DNA from: Eledone cirrhosa
Taxonomy: Eukaryota
DNA: 64,000 nucleotides
Direction of reading: 5' to 3'
NCBI GenBank assembly: GCA_964016885.1
Contig: OZ024743.1
Coordinates: 366,358,001-366,422,000, forward strand
Position numbers and translations under genes: made by a program. This document shows, in pieces, positions 1-12,972 of this stretch. Positions within the stretch are counted from its first letter, which is position 1; every line of letters begins with the position of its first letter. The notes beneath the pieces were generated by a model. It saw only the letters and a program-made list of their open reading frames with translations, had not been told where the DNA came from and searched no databases.

Positions 1-108
1 CTGAGTTTCACCAGGCCCCTGACATTCAGCAGCAGCACTGGTGTGACTTTTGGGGTGCCAGTAATGGCTGTCGGTATGACACCTGGTCTGGTGTCAGCGG
101 CGGCCACG
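1..108 (+). mobile_element. Probable retroelement (RTE-like) 3' end with terminal stem-loop, abutting (TA)n
   Basis: GC-richer island ending in nested hairpin TGGCTGTC..TGACACC-TGGTCT-GGTGTCA..GGCGGCCA just before the TA array; same architecture as the RTE tail at 22161-22193. Confidence 0.4.
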
Positions 109-127
109 TATATATATATGTATATGT

Positions 128-173
<46 letters not shown>

Positions 174-382
174 GTATATATATATATATGTATATATATA
201 TATGTATATATATGTATATATATATATGTATATGTATATGTATATATATATATGTATATATATATATGTATATATATATATATGTATATATATATATGTA
301 TATATATATATGTATATATATATATATGTATATATGTATATATATGTATATATGTATATATATGTATATATGTATATATATG

Positions 383-417
<35 letters not shown>

Positions 418-468
418 GTATATATATATATGTATGTATATATGTATATATATGTATATATATATATG

Positions 469-501
<33 letters not shown>

Positions 502-510
502 GTATATATG

Positions 511-545
<35 letters not shown>

Positions 546-620
546 GTATATATGTATATATATGTATATATATATATGTATATATATATATGTATATATA
601 TATATGTATATATATATATG

Positions 621-653
<33 letters not shown>

Positions 654-678
654 GTGTATATATATATGTATATATATG

Positions 679-709
<31 letters not shown>

Positions 710-764
710 GTGTATATATATATGTATATATATATATGTATATATATATGTATATATATATATG

Positions 765-795
<31 letters not shown>

Positions 796-842
796 GTATA
801 TATGTATATATATGTATATATATATATGTATATATATATATG

Positions 843-873
<31 letters not shown>

Positions 874-1106
874 GTATATATATATGTATATATATATATG
901 TATATATATATGTATATATATATATGTATATATATATATATGTATATATATATATGTATATATATATATGTATATATATATATGTATATATATATATGTA
1001 TATATATATATATGTATATATATATATGTATATATATATATATGTATATATGTATATATATGTGTATATATATATGTATATATATATATATGTGTATATA
1101 TATATG

Positions 1107-1139
<33 letters not shown>

Positions 1140-1168
1140 GTGTATATATATATGTATATATATATATG

Positions 1169-1231
<63 letters not shown>

Positions 1232-1856
1232 GTATATATATATATGTATATATATATGTATATATATATATATGTATATATGTATATATATATATGTATA
1301 TGTATATATATGTATATATATGTATATATGTATATATATATATGTATATGTATATATATGTATATATATATGTATATATATTTATATGTATATATATATG
1401 TATATATATATGTATATATATATATGTATATATATATGTATATATATATATGTATATATATATGTATATATATATATGTATATATATATGTATATATATG
1501 TATATATATATGTATATATATATGTATATATATATGTATATATATATATGTATATATATATATGTATATATATGTATATGTATATATATGTATATGTATA
1601 TATATGTATATGTATATATATGTATATGTATATATATGTATATGTATATATATGTATATATATATATATGTATATATATATGTATATGTATATATATGTA
1701 TATATATATAGATATATATATGTATATATATATATATGTATATATATATATGTATATGTATATATATGTATATATATATATAGATATATATATGTATATA
1801 TATATGTTTATGTATATATATGTATATATATGTATATATATATACGTATATATATG

Positions 1857-1905
<49 letters not shown>

Positions 1906-2097
1906 GTATATATATACACATATATATATGTATATATATATATGTATATATATATATGTATATATATGTATATGTATATATATATATATGTATATGTATA
2001 TGTATATGTATATATATATGTATATATATATGTATATATATATATGTATATATATATATATGTATATATATATGTATATATATATATATATATATAT
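109..2097. repeat. (TA)n/(TATG) compound microsatellite, ~2 kb
   Basis: Direct reading; source of the spurious YIYI ORFs. Confidence 0.98.
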
Positions 2098-2563
2098 AGA
2101 AGTTGATGGAAACCGCGGAGTGGGGAGACCCAAGATGACTTGGGATGAGGTGATAAAAGCCGACCTTACCCAACTACACCTCTCAAAGTCAATGACACAC
2201 GACCGTGACTTCTGGCGTCACGCAGTAATACAGGGTACCCGACCTCCCATGGGTACATGCTGAAGCATATAAACAATATGGCCCCCCCCCACCGCAAGGT
2301 GGTCGTGGAGGTGCCACGGCAAAAAAGCACCCAGCCCACACTGTAAAGTGGACGTGTAGGCGCCACGAAAAAGCACCCAGCACTCACTGTAAATGAGGTT
2401 GGTGTTAGGAAGGGCATCCAGCTGTAGAAATCAAGCCAGATCAGTTCCTGTATGAGCAAGGCATGGTCAGCCGACCAGACACTGCCCACAACAGGACAAC
2501 CCGTCTAACCCATGCTAGCGTGGAAGAACGGACGTAAAACGGTGATGATGATGATGATGATGA
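2098..2563 (+). mobile_element. 5'-truncated RTE LINE (subfamily A): ORF C-terminus, 3' UTR, (GAT)n tail
   Basis: [38 protein letters not shown]; near-identical to 51075-51444 and 22287-22750; TA arrays on both sides. Confidence 0.92.
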
Positions 2564-3250
2564 TATATATATATATATATATATATATGTGTATATATAT
2601 GTGTATATATATATATATGTGTATATATATATGTATATATATATGTGTATATATATATGTATATATATATATGTGTATATATATATGTATATATATATAT
2701 ATATGTGTATATATATATATATATATATGTGTATATGTATATATATGTATATGTGTATATATGTATATGTATATGTGTATATATGTGTATATATGTATAT
2801 ATATGTATATATATATGTATATGTATATATATATGTATATGTATATATATGTATGTATATGTATATATATGTATATGTATGTATATGTATATGTATATAT
2901 ATGTATATATATGTATGTATATATATGTATATATGTGTATATGTATATATATATATGTATATATATATATGTATATATGTGTATATATATATGTATGTAT
3001 ATATATGTATATATGTGTATATGTATATATATGTATGTATATATATGTATATATGTATATATGTATATATATGTGTATATATGTATATATGTATATATGT
3101 ATATATATGTGTATATATGTATATATATGTATATGTATATATATGTATGTATATATGTATATATATGTGTATATATGTATATATATGTATATGTATATAT
3201 ATGTATGTATATGTATATGTATGTATATATATGTATGTATATGTATATAT
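2564..3250. repeat. (TA/TG)n compound microsatellite
   Basis: Direct reading. Confidence 0.97.
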
Positions 3251-3755
3251 CATCATCATCATCATCATCAGGTTTAGCGTCCGTGTTCCACGCTTGCATG
3301 GGTTTGGACGGGGGTTTTCCCACTTGAGGCAAGAGTGGTTGTCTTGCTCGCATAGGACTGTCTGGCGGGTTTTCTACAGTTGGATGCCCTTCCTAACACC
3401 AACCACATTTACAGTGTGGGGCTGGGAGGTTTTTACCGTGTTGCCTACACGGCCACATTACAGCGTGGACTGTCTGGCGGGTTTTCTACAGCTGGATGCC
3501 CTTCCTAACACCAACCACATTTACAGTGTGGGGCTGGGAGGTTTTTACCGTGTTGCCTACACGGCCACATTTAGAGCGTGGACTGTGTGTTTTTTTGTTG
3601 TGACACCTACACGATCTCATTTGTTTCGGCCTGGATGTTGTGGGACCAACATAACTTTACATTGAAAGGGGCGGTGTGGGTGGGGTGGAGGTGGTGGGAC
3701 GGGGGTGTGTTTTGATAGAGGTGCCTACTGACTGTAGTAGGTTTTTACTTTGTAT
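3251..3755 (-). mobile_element. RTE LINE subfamily B 3' UTR with internal ~115-bp tandem duplication
   Basis: (CAT)n tail at 3251-3270; matches 24632-25035 and the reverse complement of 52255-52650; segment GGACTGTCTGGCGGG..CCACATT occurs twice. Confidence 0.88.
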
Positions 3756-4368
3756 TTATATATGTATGTATATATGTATATATGTATATATATGTATATA
3801 TGTATATATATGTATATGTATATATGTATATATATGTATATATATATATATATGTATACATGTGTATATGTATATATGTATATATATGTATATATATATA
3901 TATATGTATACATGTGTATATGTATATATGTATATGTATGAATATATGTATATGTATATATATATGAATTTATATATATGTATATATATGAATATATATG
4001 TATATGTATATATATATGATTATATATATATGTATATGAATATATGTATATATATGAATATATGTATATATATGAATATATATATATGTATATATATGAA
4101 TATATATATATGTATATGTATATATATGAATATATATATATGTATATGTGTATATATGTATATGTATATGTGTATATATGTATATGTATATATATGAATA
4201 TATGTATATATATGAATATATATATATGTATATGTGTATAAATGTATATGTATATGTGTATATATGTATATATATATGTATGTGTATATATGTATATATA
4301 TGTGTATATACGTATATATATATGTGTATATGTGTATATATGTATGTATATATATTTATATATATATG

Positions 4369-4400
<32 letters not shown>

Positions 4401-4445
4401 GTATATATATGTATATATATGTGTGTGTGGTATATATATATATGT
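3756..4445. repeat. (TA)n compound microsatellite with TATGAA variant units
   Basis: Direct reading. Confidence 0.95.
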
Positions 4446-4904
4446 CTGTACACATATTCTAATCTCACTTGTTGACCAAAATAACTTTCTGGAATTTATA
4501 GTGTTGGCTCTTTCATTGGAACACATGTATCCACATATGCCCAAACATACAGATATAAATATAAATATAAATCTACATAGAATACTACATACACATTAGC
4601 ATTTTTTCCACTTGTGTCTTTGTATGTTTGTGTATGTGAGAGAGAAAGAAAGAGTGAGTGTTTGTGTCTATCTATAAAGAGTGAGTGTTTGTGTCTATCT
4701 ATAAAGAGTAAAAAACACATATCTGTTTCCATGTATTCAACAATTGACCAAAATAGCTTTCTTCTGCTATTCTATATTTGCTAGGTCATTAGAAATTCAT
4801 TAAAAGAGTAGCTTAAGGGTGAATTCATCATCATCATCATCATCAATATTATTACTATTAACATCATAAAAACAATGTCACAATTAATATCTCCATCATT
4901 CTCA

Positions 4905-5350
4905 TATAAGGTATTATAGTTAAGCTGTTGGGCTTACAATCGAAGACTGTAGCACATTGTATCCTTGAGCAAGGCACTTCATTTCATGTTGCTCCAGTTT
5001 GTTTAGCTTAACCCTCTAGCATTTAAACCGGCCGTATCCGGCCAGGATTCTCTCACCTTTTTCGGTACAAACTGGCTGCAACTGGCCACTCATACTGATG
5101 TTATGGTATTGTTTTCAAAATAAATAATATCAAAATCTCATAGATTCGATATTATGTGAGATATCATGTAAAATAAAATGTTTACTATAAAAATACAATA
5201 GTATATATATAGTAATGGGAATGTTAAAGGGTTAAGAAATGAATTCCAGCAGCTGAGAGTCACCTTGCGAAGGACTGATGTCTTATTCTTTCAGTTCCTT
5301 ATCACCACATGACACCAGGATAAGCTCCAGCTTGATGAGCTCAAGAAAAC
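4905..5350 (+). mobile_element. tRNA-derived SINE (family 2), interrupted by a TTAA MITE
   Basis: tRNA-like head then CCTTGAGCAAGGCACTTCATTTCATGTTGCTCCAG body shared with 6675, 20493, 30585, 46630. Confidence 0.6.
5012..5231. mobile_element. piggyBac-like MITE, TTAA TSD
   Basis: TTAA|CCCTCTAGCATT...AATGTTAAAGGG|TTAA; related to 58200-58403 in opposite orientation. Confidence 0.7.
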
Positions 5351-5837
5351 TTTACCTTTCTATAAGCTTCATAAAATCTACCTTTATTATGACCAGGAAT
5401 CACAATGAAGCAGATCTATCATTAACATATTTGATTTGCTAGAAATAGCAGCCAAATCTCCCTAACCACCTTACCCCTTTTTATAACAAACAACCTGAAA
5501 CTGCCCCTGGTTCTATGATACAATTTTTTTTAAGTGTGTATATTTATATGAAAATCTCCTCTCATGATTTTATGTAAGACCCTTTGTTAAGTTCCAAAAA
5601 GCAGTCAAATAATGAGAAAGTTAGTTATATTACTAAATCTTTCCGAATTCTTGATTAATTTCAAAATTATTTGAAAATCATAGTGTCTTTTAGAAATATG
5701 GTAATGTAAGGTTTAAATGTAGACATACATTTGACAAAGTAATTCTAGTTACATTGAGGAGAAAAAAAGATTATGGTTGAACGGCTTTGATTTTGTGTCT
5801 CAACAATAACAACACTTTCATTTCCCATATTGATACT

Positions 5838-6043
5838 AAACCATTTTGACACCAGCCCAGCCAAAACTGCCTCTGATTCTATGAGACAAAGCAACCTATT
5901 TTAAAGGGTTGCTATTTAAATTAAATCTTCCAACATAATTTGCCATAAGAACTTTTTGTTAAGTTATATTACAAATACCATCTTAATAATGAAATAATTC
6001 ATTACAGTGTATTTCATAAAAAATATGATAATGAAAGGGTTAA
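5838..6043. mobile_element. Older TTAA/piggyBac-like MITE family (relatives near 5470-5715, 34990-35248, 38090-38272, 55800-56035)
   Basis: Shared internal motif CTGCCYCTG(G/A)TTCTATGA..CCA(G/T)CTTAATAA..; ends AAAGGGTTAA. Confidence 0.5.
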
Positions 6044-6044
6044 T

Positions 6045-8180
6045 CCATCGTCTGGTTAAGTTTCAAGACGTAACCCTTGAGTCTACTCCATTGCAAGGAT
6101 CTTAGATAAGTCTTCAGTTTAAGGATGACATCCTGCCTTTTTCCGATTAGTCTTGAATGTCTTGAAAAGAGGAATGAGGGTTATCCTTCCATTCCTACTA
6201 AATACCAAAAAATAAAAGGAAAAAAATGTCTATTGTAGGATTGAGGCAGCTTTGATGAGAGGTGTCCTACATGTCAACATGTAGGACACCTCTGATAATG
6301 TCTATTGTAGGATTGAGGCAGCTTTGATGAGAGGTGTCCTACATGTCAACAAGAACAACACTTCATTTCCTATTTTTATAGTAACATCTGTTCAAGAGTC
6401 TCACAACCTTCCTTCACGTTCTTCCATCTGGAAAAAAAAAATTGATTGTTCTGGATTTTTTTATGTTTGTTGATATCTAAGCTGCAAATAATTTATGTAT
6501 GTGATAGGTTTATAGTTCCAACAAAAGTCTTCTCTTAGCTGTAGAATGATTTCTCTTGTCTAAGAATATGGACTTTGCAAAGAGTTGTAATATTTGTTTT
6601 TAAATTAGTTTTCTTGAATCAGGATTACTAGTAAAGGATTCTGCTTTGTTTCTAGATTGGACATTACCATTTTGCCTGGCCTAGTGGTTAAGATGCTGGA
6701 AGTATGATCATAATGTCTTGAGCTTGATCTTGGATTAGGTGACACATTATGTTCTTATCAAAACATTTCACAATATTCTAAGCCACTCAGCTGAAAATGA
6801 GTACCAGCAATAGATGGAGGTTAACCCTGTAATGGACTGGCATCCTGACCAGGGGCACTCTTGTACTTTTGGTCACTTTACACTAATGAAACAGGGATAA
6901 GCACTGACTTGATGAATGAGCCTCTAGGCTAGGGACAGTCTTTAACTTTTTGTAGGTGTGCATTATGGTTTTCCGTTTTGAAAACTATTTGCCAATCATC
7001 TCATGCCAATTACACCCATATTCGAGTTGATGAAATAACAAAGGATGCCAAATTATAGGTCAATAGAATAATATTTAGGAGTTACACATTTTTTTATTTA
7101 TGACAAATTTTTTGGACCTAGCCTGTGGTATATTGACTTCAGCAATTCATTGTCTGGTTCCATCTCTTGCAATCAGAACACCAGAGAGCCCCTCTTTTTC
7201 TTTTCCTGTAATTAAAACTGTAATCTGATCTTCAAGTATGCTGGTTTGGGAAGCTCATGGTAATAATTTCCCATCCTAGTGGAGGACTAGCCAGGATCTG
7301 TCTTCAGATGGGAAAGTGACTAACTCAATTTCCTGAGCCATCTTCTCATGGTGACTGGTTCTTGCTTAATAAACAGTTGAAGGGGAAACTGAAAGTTCAG
7401 ACACATCATGACCAAGACTCTTCACAATTGCAATGTAAGAAGTACTTGCTTGTTATACTGATAGTTTTTCCTGTTCCCACATGGCAACAAGAGTTGGCTT
7501 TATTCACTGTGATTTTTGAGACAATACTGACTTGAAGATTTTATTATCATCATTACTAGCTGAGCTGTATGATAAACTTTCAAGAGCTACTTTCTCAGAC
7601 ATCTTGACTTCATCCTGCTTTCTCTTTCTTACTTACATATCATGAATATTCTTTTCCTGCTTCTGAATGGCTCTCACATATTCTGCATGAATGAAGACAT
7701 CCGTTTCCTGCTGAGTTTCAAGGAAATCTTCGTCTTCAGATGGGACATTCTTTTGTTCAAGAACATCCTGGCTTGCAATGTCAAAAATTTCCTCAAGATC
7801 ATCTTTCTAAATTTCACACTTTGTAATTGCTTTGTCAGTCATCCTTGATTTTTCTTTTTCAAGTTCTTGATACTCCTTATACAATTTCCTGATGTGTTAA
7901 TGTTTTTTTCCATTTTGGTAGGGAATTTTGCTTTTCCCCACACTTCCTGGATTTTCTGGGTAGTGTTTTTTTAAGGCAACTGAAATTGTCTCTCTGAGTT
8001 GATGTGAAGGTAGAGAAAACAGAAGAGCACTTGTTGTTTGAAGGGGAGTTAAGGCTGAGGTATCTGCCCCTTGGGTTTTTTTTCTCAAACTGCCAAATGG
8101 TTTTTCTGGTTTCCATTTTCTTATTCTCTGTAATTGATGAAAATCAAAATGCCTTTGGGTTCTTAAATTTCTGGAACCTA
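6045..8180 (-). pseudogene. Decayed DNA-transposon transposase, probably hAT superfamily (hATm-like)
   Basis: Manual translation across frameshifts/stops: LPFKQQVLFCFLYLH, IQEVWGKAKFPTK, IRKLYKEYQELEKEK, DLEEIFDIASQDVL, VLH*DGKLLP, EDQITVLITG, VLFLLTCR, IPLFKTFK, in the order I recall for hATm-type transposases; interrupted by a SINE at 6675-6948. Confidence 0.65.
6675..6948 (+). mobile_element. tRNA-derived SINE (family 2)
   Basis: A-box-like TGGCCTAGTGGTTAAG head; body CAGCTGAAAATGAGTACCAGC..AACCCTGTAATGGACTGGCATCC. Confidence 0.65.
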
Positions 8181-9074
8181 AAGCAAAAGAGAAGAAAATT
8201 ATTTCATAACTTTTTAACAATGGATGGAACTTGACAAAAACCAGCACTGAACCAACAATGCAATGAACCTTGCATTAGAACCTTATTGTTGACTCATAAA
8301 AAATATTTTAAAAAGTCACCTTATCAACGTGATATCAATTCTACGAACAATGAAAACAAATTACTGATGTAAAATTATTTCTACATATTTAGTTTATAAT
8401 TCATTTCTCTAGGATCCTATAAACAGTAGAAATGTCTCCTACATGTACACAGGGGAGAACAGATAAAATATGCAATTAATCAACAAGTGTTGAAATAAAT
8501 TCTTTTTTTTTTTTTTGGCATAGCATTCAAAAAGCACCAAACTGCACAACCCCTAAATATATCTGTATCTCCTTGTATTTTTGCCTCTGTAGCTTGTATT
8601 TGAAATGGATTCAGGGAGCAATCGACACGAGGTGATTCCAATAAAAGAATATTTTTCCCTATAAATATGAAATATCCTAGTGTGCATTATATACAAATGT
8701 GTACACTTATATTTATATGTTTGTGTGCATGTATGTATCTGTATATTATATTTGTGCTTAACTGAGATATCTGAATCTGGTCAAATCAAAACTAAGTGAT
8801 CTCACCAAAAGATGGATGAAAGATAAAACAATGTAGATAAAGAATAAACTTGCATGTAAAGCAAACTTTCCTTTCTTTTTCAGTCAATTTCATATTGCCT
8901 CACTCACTTTTTTCTGCTAATGAATACATCTGTGTGTGTGTGTGTCTGTGTGTGTACATATCTCTTTTTTCTGTCTGTGTATATCATTCTTTATGTGTCT
9001 GTGTCTGATTTAGCTGTCTTTCTGTCTCTCTACTAATCACTTAATCTCTTTTTAAAACTCTCCTTAATTCAGTC

Positions 9075-9385
9075 TTACCTTCTCTTCTCTCTAGCTATTC
9101 CCCTCTCCTCTCGCCCTCTCTCTCCAGATATAACTCTACTCCCTTTTCTCCCCCCTCCCGTCACCCCTCCCCTCTCTTCTCTCCATCCTTCCCTCTCTTC
9201 TCTTCCCATCTCTCTCCACCCTCCCCTCTCTTCTCTTCCTTTCTCTCTCCATCCTTCCCTCTCTTCTCTTCCCATCTCTCTCCACCCTCTCCTCTTCCTT
9301 TCTCTCTCCATCCTTCTTTCTCTACTCTTCCTATCTCTCTCAACCTTCCCTTCCCTTTCCCCTCTCTTCCCCCCCCCTCTCCAGA
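9075..9385. repeat. Polypyrimidine minisatellite (~33-bp unit CCATCCTTCCCTCTCTTCTCTTCC...)
   Basis: Direct reading. Confidence 0.8.
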
Positions 9386-9542
9386 TGTCACTCTTCCCCC
9401 TTATTTACCAATCTATATTCAGTCATTCAAGAATGTACTCAGTTTCACTCTCTCACCTTCTACTCTTCTCTCTTTCTAACCCTCCCCCAACCTACCTCCT
9501 TCATCCTCTCCTTTCTTTTCACCTGCTTCATCATCACTTATC

Positions 9543-10345
9543 CACAGACATATATACATACATACACACACAGACATATATACATACACACACAGACATA
9601 TATACATGCATACACACACAGACATATATACATACATACACACAGAGACATATATACATGCATACATACACAGACATGTATACATACATACACACACACA
9701 CACACACAGACATATATACATACATGCATACACACACAGACATATATACATACACACACAGACATATACATACACACACACAGAGACATATATACATGCA
9801 TACATACAGACATATATACATACATACACACACACACACACAGACATATATACATGCATACACACACATATATACATACACACACACAGACATATATACA
9901 TGCATACACAGACATATATACATACATACACACACACAGACATATATACATACATACACAGACATGTATACATACACACACAGACATATATACATACATA
10001 CATACACAGACATATATACATTCATACATAGACACGCATAGACATATATACATACATACATACATACACACACATACATATATACATACACATACACACA
10101 TATATATATACATATACATATATACATAAATACACACACACACACATACATATATAAATACATACATACACACATAGACATATATACATATATACACACA
10201 CGCACAGACCTATATAAATACATACATACACACACGCAGAGACATCTTGACTTCATCCTGCACAGACATATATACATACACACACACAGACATATATATA
10301 TACATGCACACGGACATATATACATACATACACACACACACATAT

Positions 10346-10404
<59 letters not shown>

Positions 10405-10422
10405 TACACATACACACACACG
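9543..10422. repeat. CA/TA-derived minisatellite (unit ~CAGACATATATACATACACACA)
   Basis: Direct reading. Confidence 0.92.
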
Positions 10423-10714
10423 TCCAAATGCCCTCACACATGCACATCATTTTAACTTTTTATCCATACATCTGCCAGTTTCATCTTCACAATTATTGCT
10501 CCCACTCTCCCTAACTCTCTTCCTCTCTACTTTAACACCCCCCTCCTCCATATTTCTCTCTGTCCCTTTCTCTTCCCCCCAATCTATCCCTAACTATTTA
10601 CCATATTCACACTCCCCCTCTCTTTAAATCTCTTTCCTACTTTAATCTTCCACCTTCCATCTCCCCTAATTCTCCCCCTTCCTATCTCTCCATAACTCTC
10701 TTCCATTCTACGTT

Positions 10715-10980
10715 ATTCTCTCTCTCCCTCTCTTCCTAACTCTCTCTCTCTCCCTAACTCTCTCTCTCTCCCTAACACCCTCTCTACCTTATCCCCCCTC
10801 TCTCTCTACCTTATCCCCCCTCTCTCTCTCCCTAACACCCTCTCTACCTTATCCCTTCTCTCTCTCTCTCCCTAACACCCTCTCTACCATATCCTCTCTC
10901 TCTCTCCCTAACACCCTCTCTACCTTATCCTCTCTCTCTCCCTAACACCCTCTCTACCTTATACTCTCTCTCCCCTTCTC
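10715..10980. repeat. CT-rich minisatellite (CCCTAACACCCTCTCTACCTTATCC + (CT)n)
   Basis: About 5 units seen. Confidence 0.85.
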
Positions 10981-11645
10981 CCATTAAACCTTTTTCTACT
11001 GTATTCTCCCTATCTCTCTCTCATCTACATTATTCTATGATAAAATAAAGTACCAGTAATGTACTGGGTAATTATGGCCTTGTGCCAAAAGTAGAAACAA
11101 TTATTCTATTCGTCTCTCGTTCCCTAACTCCCCTCTCTCTTCCTAACTTTCTTCTGTACCTTATTTTCTCCACTTTCCTCCCTTTATCCCTCCCACTCCT
11201 ACTCCCACTCTGCTTACTAGTTCAGACTATGATCTCATTACATATTACCCATTATAAATGTATATGTCTACACCTATGTCCCCTAGTCTAAATTTTGGTA
11301 TATGTATGAACCACGTACAGGGGTTCAGTCCATATTCTCATGTATGTAAATATAACTGGTTCTACTTTAGGCACAAGGCCAGCAATTACTCAGTACATTA
11401 CTGGTACTTTATTTTATCGACCCCGTAAGGATGAAATGACGATACTTGTGTGTGTGATATATATGTGCGTGTGTGTGTGTGTATACACACACACACACAC
11501 ACACACACGTTTGTATGATGTATAGGCATGTGTATGATGTGTGTATATATATATATATATATGTGTGTGTGTTTGTATGTATATATATATACACGTGTAT
11601 GATGTATAAGCATGTGTATGATGTATATATGTATATATATATATA

Positions 11646-11879
11646 TCATCATCATCATCATTTTACATCCGCTTTTCCCTGCTTGCAAGGGTGGGACGAC
11701 GTCTTCATATTTTGTTGTTCCTGTGTACTTGTTGCTGTGCTAATAATCGTTTTGGCATTGATACACTGGTTGGATGCCCTTCCTAACACCAGCGCCACTT
11801 TACAGCATGGACTGGGTGCTTTTATTTGTGCTACCAGCACTAGAGAAGGTGTCTTACTAGACTCAAGGGCCCTCTCTAC

Positions 11880-11880
<1 letters not shown>
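11646..11880 (-). mobile_element. RTE-tail-bearing repeat (short LINE 3' end or SINE)
   Basis: (CAT)n tail and TGGATGCCCTTCCTAACACC core shared with the RTE 3' UTR. Confidence 0.7.
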
Positions 11881-11949
<69 letters not shown>

Positions 11950-11988
11950 GATATTAATAAATAGAAACTATATTTATAAAACCATATT

Positions 11989-12053
11989 TATTTCATTATA
12001 CATATTTCAGGGATACCACATTAAATTATGGTATGCCTTCATCAGACAAAATA
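11989..12053 (-). ncRNA. Minimal type I hammerhead ribozyme motif (family H1, copy 1)
   Basis: Minus strand: tattttgt CTGATGA aggcatacca-taatttaatg-tggtatccct GAAA tatgta TA atgaaata; 8-bp stem I (two G-U), intact core, AUA triplet. Confidence 0.7.
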
Positions 12054-12179
12054 CAATATATAACAGTTTTACAAATAGCTTTGACGTACCCTTTTAAAAT
12101 ACAACCATTACTTTTGGAGGCTGTCTGGATAGTGATTTGTTTATATTATTTTAATGTCATAGTGTTAAGCACAATTAGA

Positions 12180-12273
12180 AAAAGACGGAGATAGAGAAAA
12201 GAACAAAGACGGAGAGAGAACAAAGACGGAGAGAAAGAACAAAGACGGAGAGAAAGAACAAAGACGGAGAGAG
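12180..12273. repeat. Short tandem repeat (AGAACAAAGACGGAGAG(AA)), ~5 units
   Basis: Direct reading. Confidence 0.85.
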
Positions 12274-12335
12274 TGCTTTATATCAGTTATAAAAATATTT
12301 ACTTGTTGTACCCCAACAACTTTAAATAGAACTTT

Positions 12336-12402
<67 letters not shown>

Positions 12403-12479
12403 TTCCTGTCTATGAAGACACGCATAAGTATAAACATCTGTAGTTGTATCAGTGTCTGTAACTTTTGATTTGCATGAAT

Positions 12480-12587
12480 GTGTGTGTGTGTGTGCATAAG
12501 TGTGTATGTGAGTGTTAGTAAATGTTTACATGTTCTATAGGTGTATGGATGTTGTCAAGTTTATGTGTGTATGTACATACATATGTA

Positions 12588-12632
<45 letters not shown>

Positions 12633-12797
12633 ATCTCAGTGTATGTATGCTGGTTGGTTGGCTTAAATGTGTGTGCATAAGTGTGTATGTGAATGTTTTA
12701 TATATGAGTGTTAATAAATGTTTACATGTTCTATAGGTGTACGTATGGATGTTGTCAAGTTTATGTGTGTATGTACATATGTATGTATGTGTGTGTG

Positions 12798-12848
<51 letters not shown>

Positions 12849-12972
12849 ATGTATCTCAGTGTATGTATGCTGGTTGGTTGGTTGGTTGGTTGGTTGGTTG
12901 GTTGGTAGGTTGGTTGGTTGGTTGGTTGGTTGGTTGGTTGGCTGGCTGGCTGGCTGGCTGGTTGGTTGGTTG
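12480..12972. repeat. ~200-bp tandem duplication followed by (TGGT)n/(TGGC)n
   Basis: GAGTGTTA.TAAATGTTTACATGTTCTATAGGTGTA..TATCTCAGTGTATGTATGCTGGTTGG occurs twice. Confidence 0.85.

Noticed and set aside
43-4600. Long ORFs of up to 687 aa rich in Y/I/M/C/H (also at 9400-10450, 23500-25800, 44700-45720)
   Set aside because: Translations of (TA/TG/CA)n microsatellites, which lack stop codons; not genes
7877-8247. ORFs 7877-8116 and 7897-8247 as a host exon
   Set aside because: The meaningful similarity is mostly in the third, stop-interrupted frame and is transposase-like
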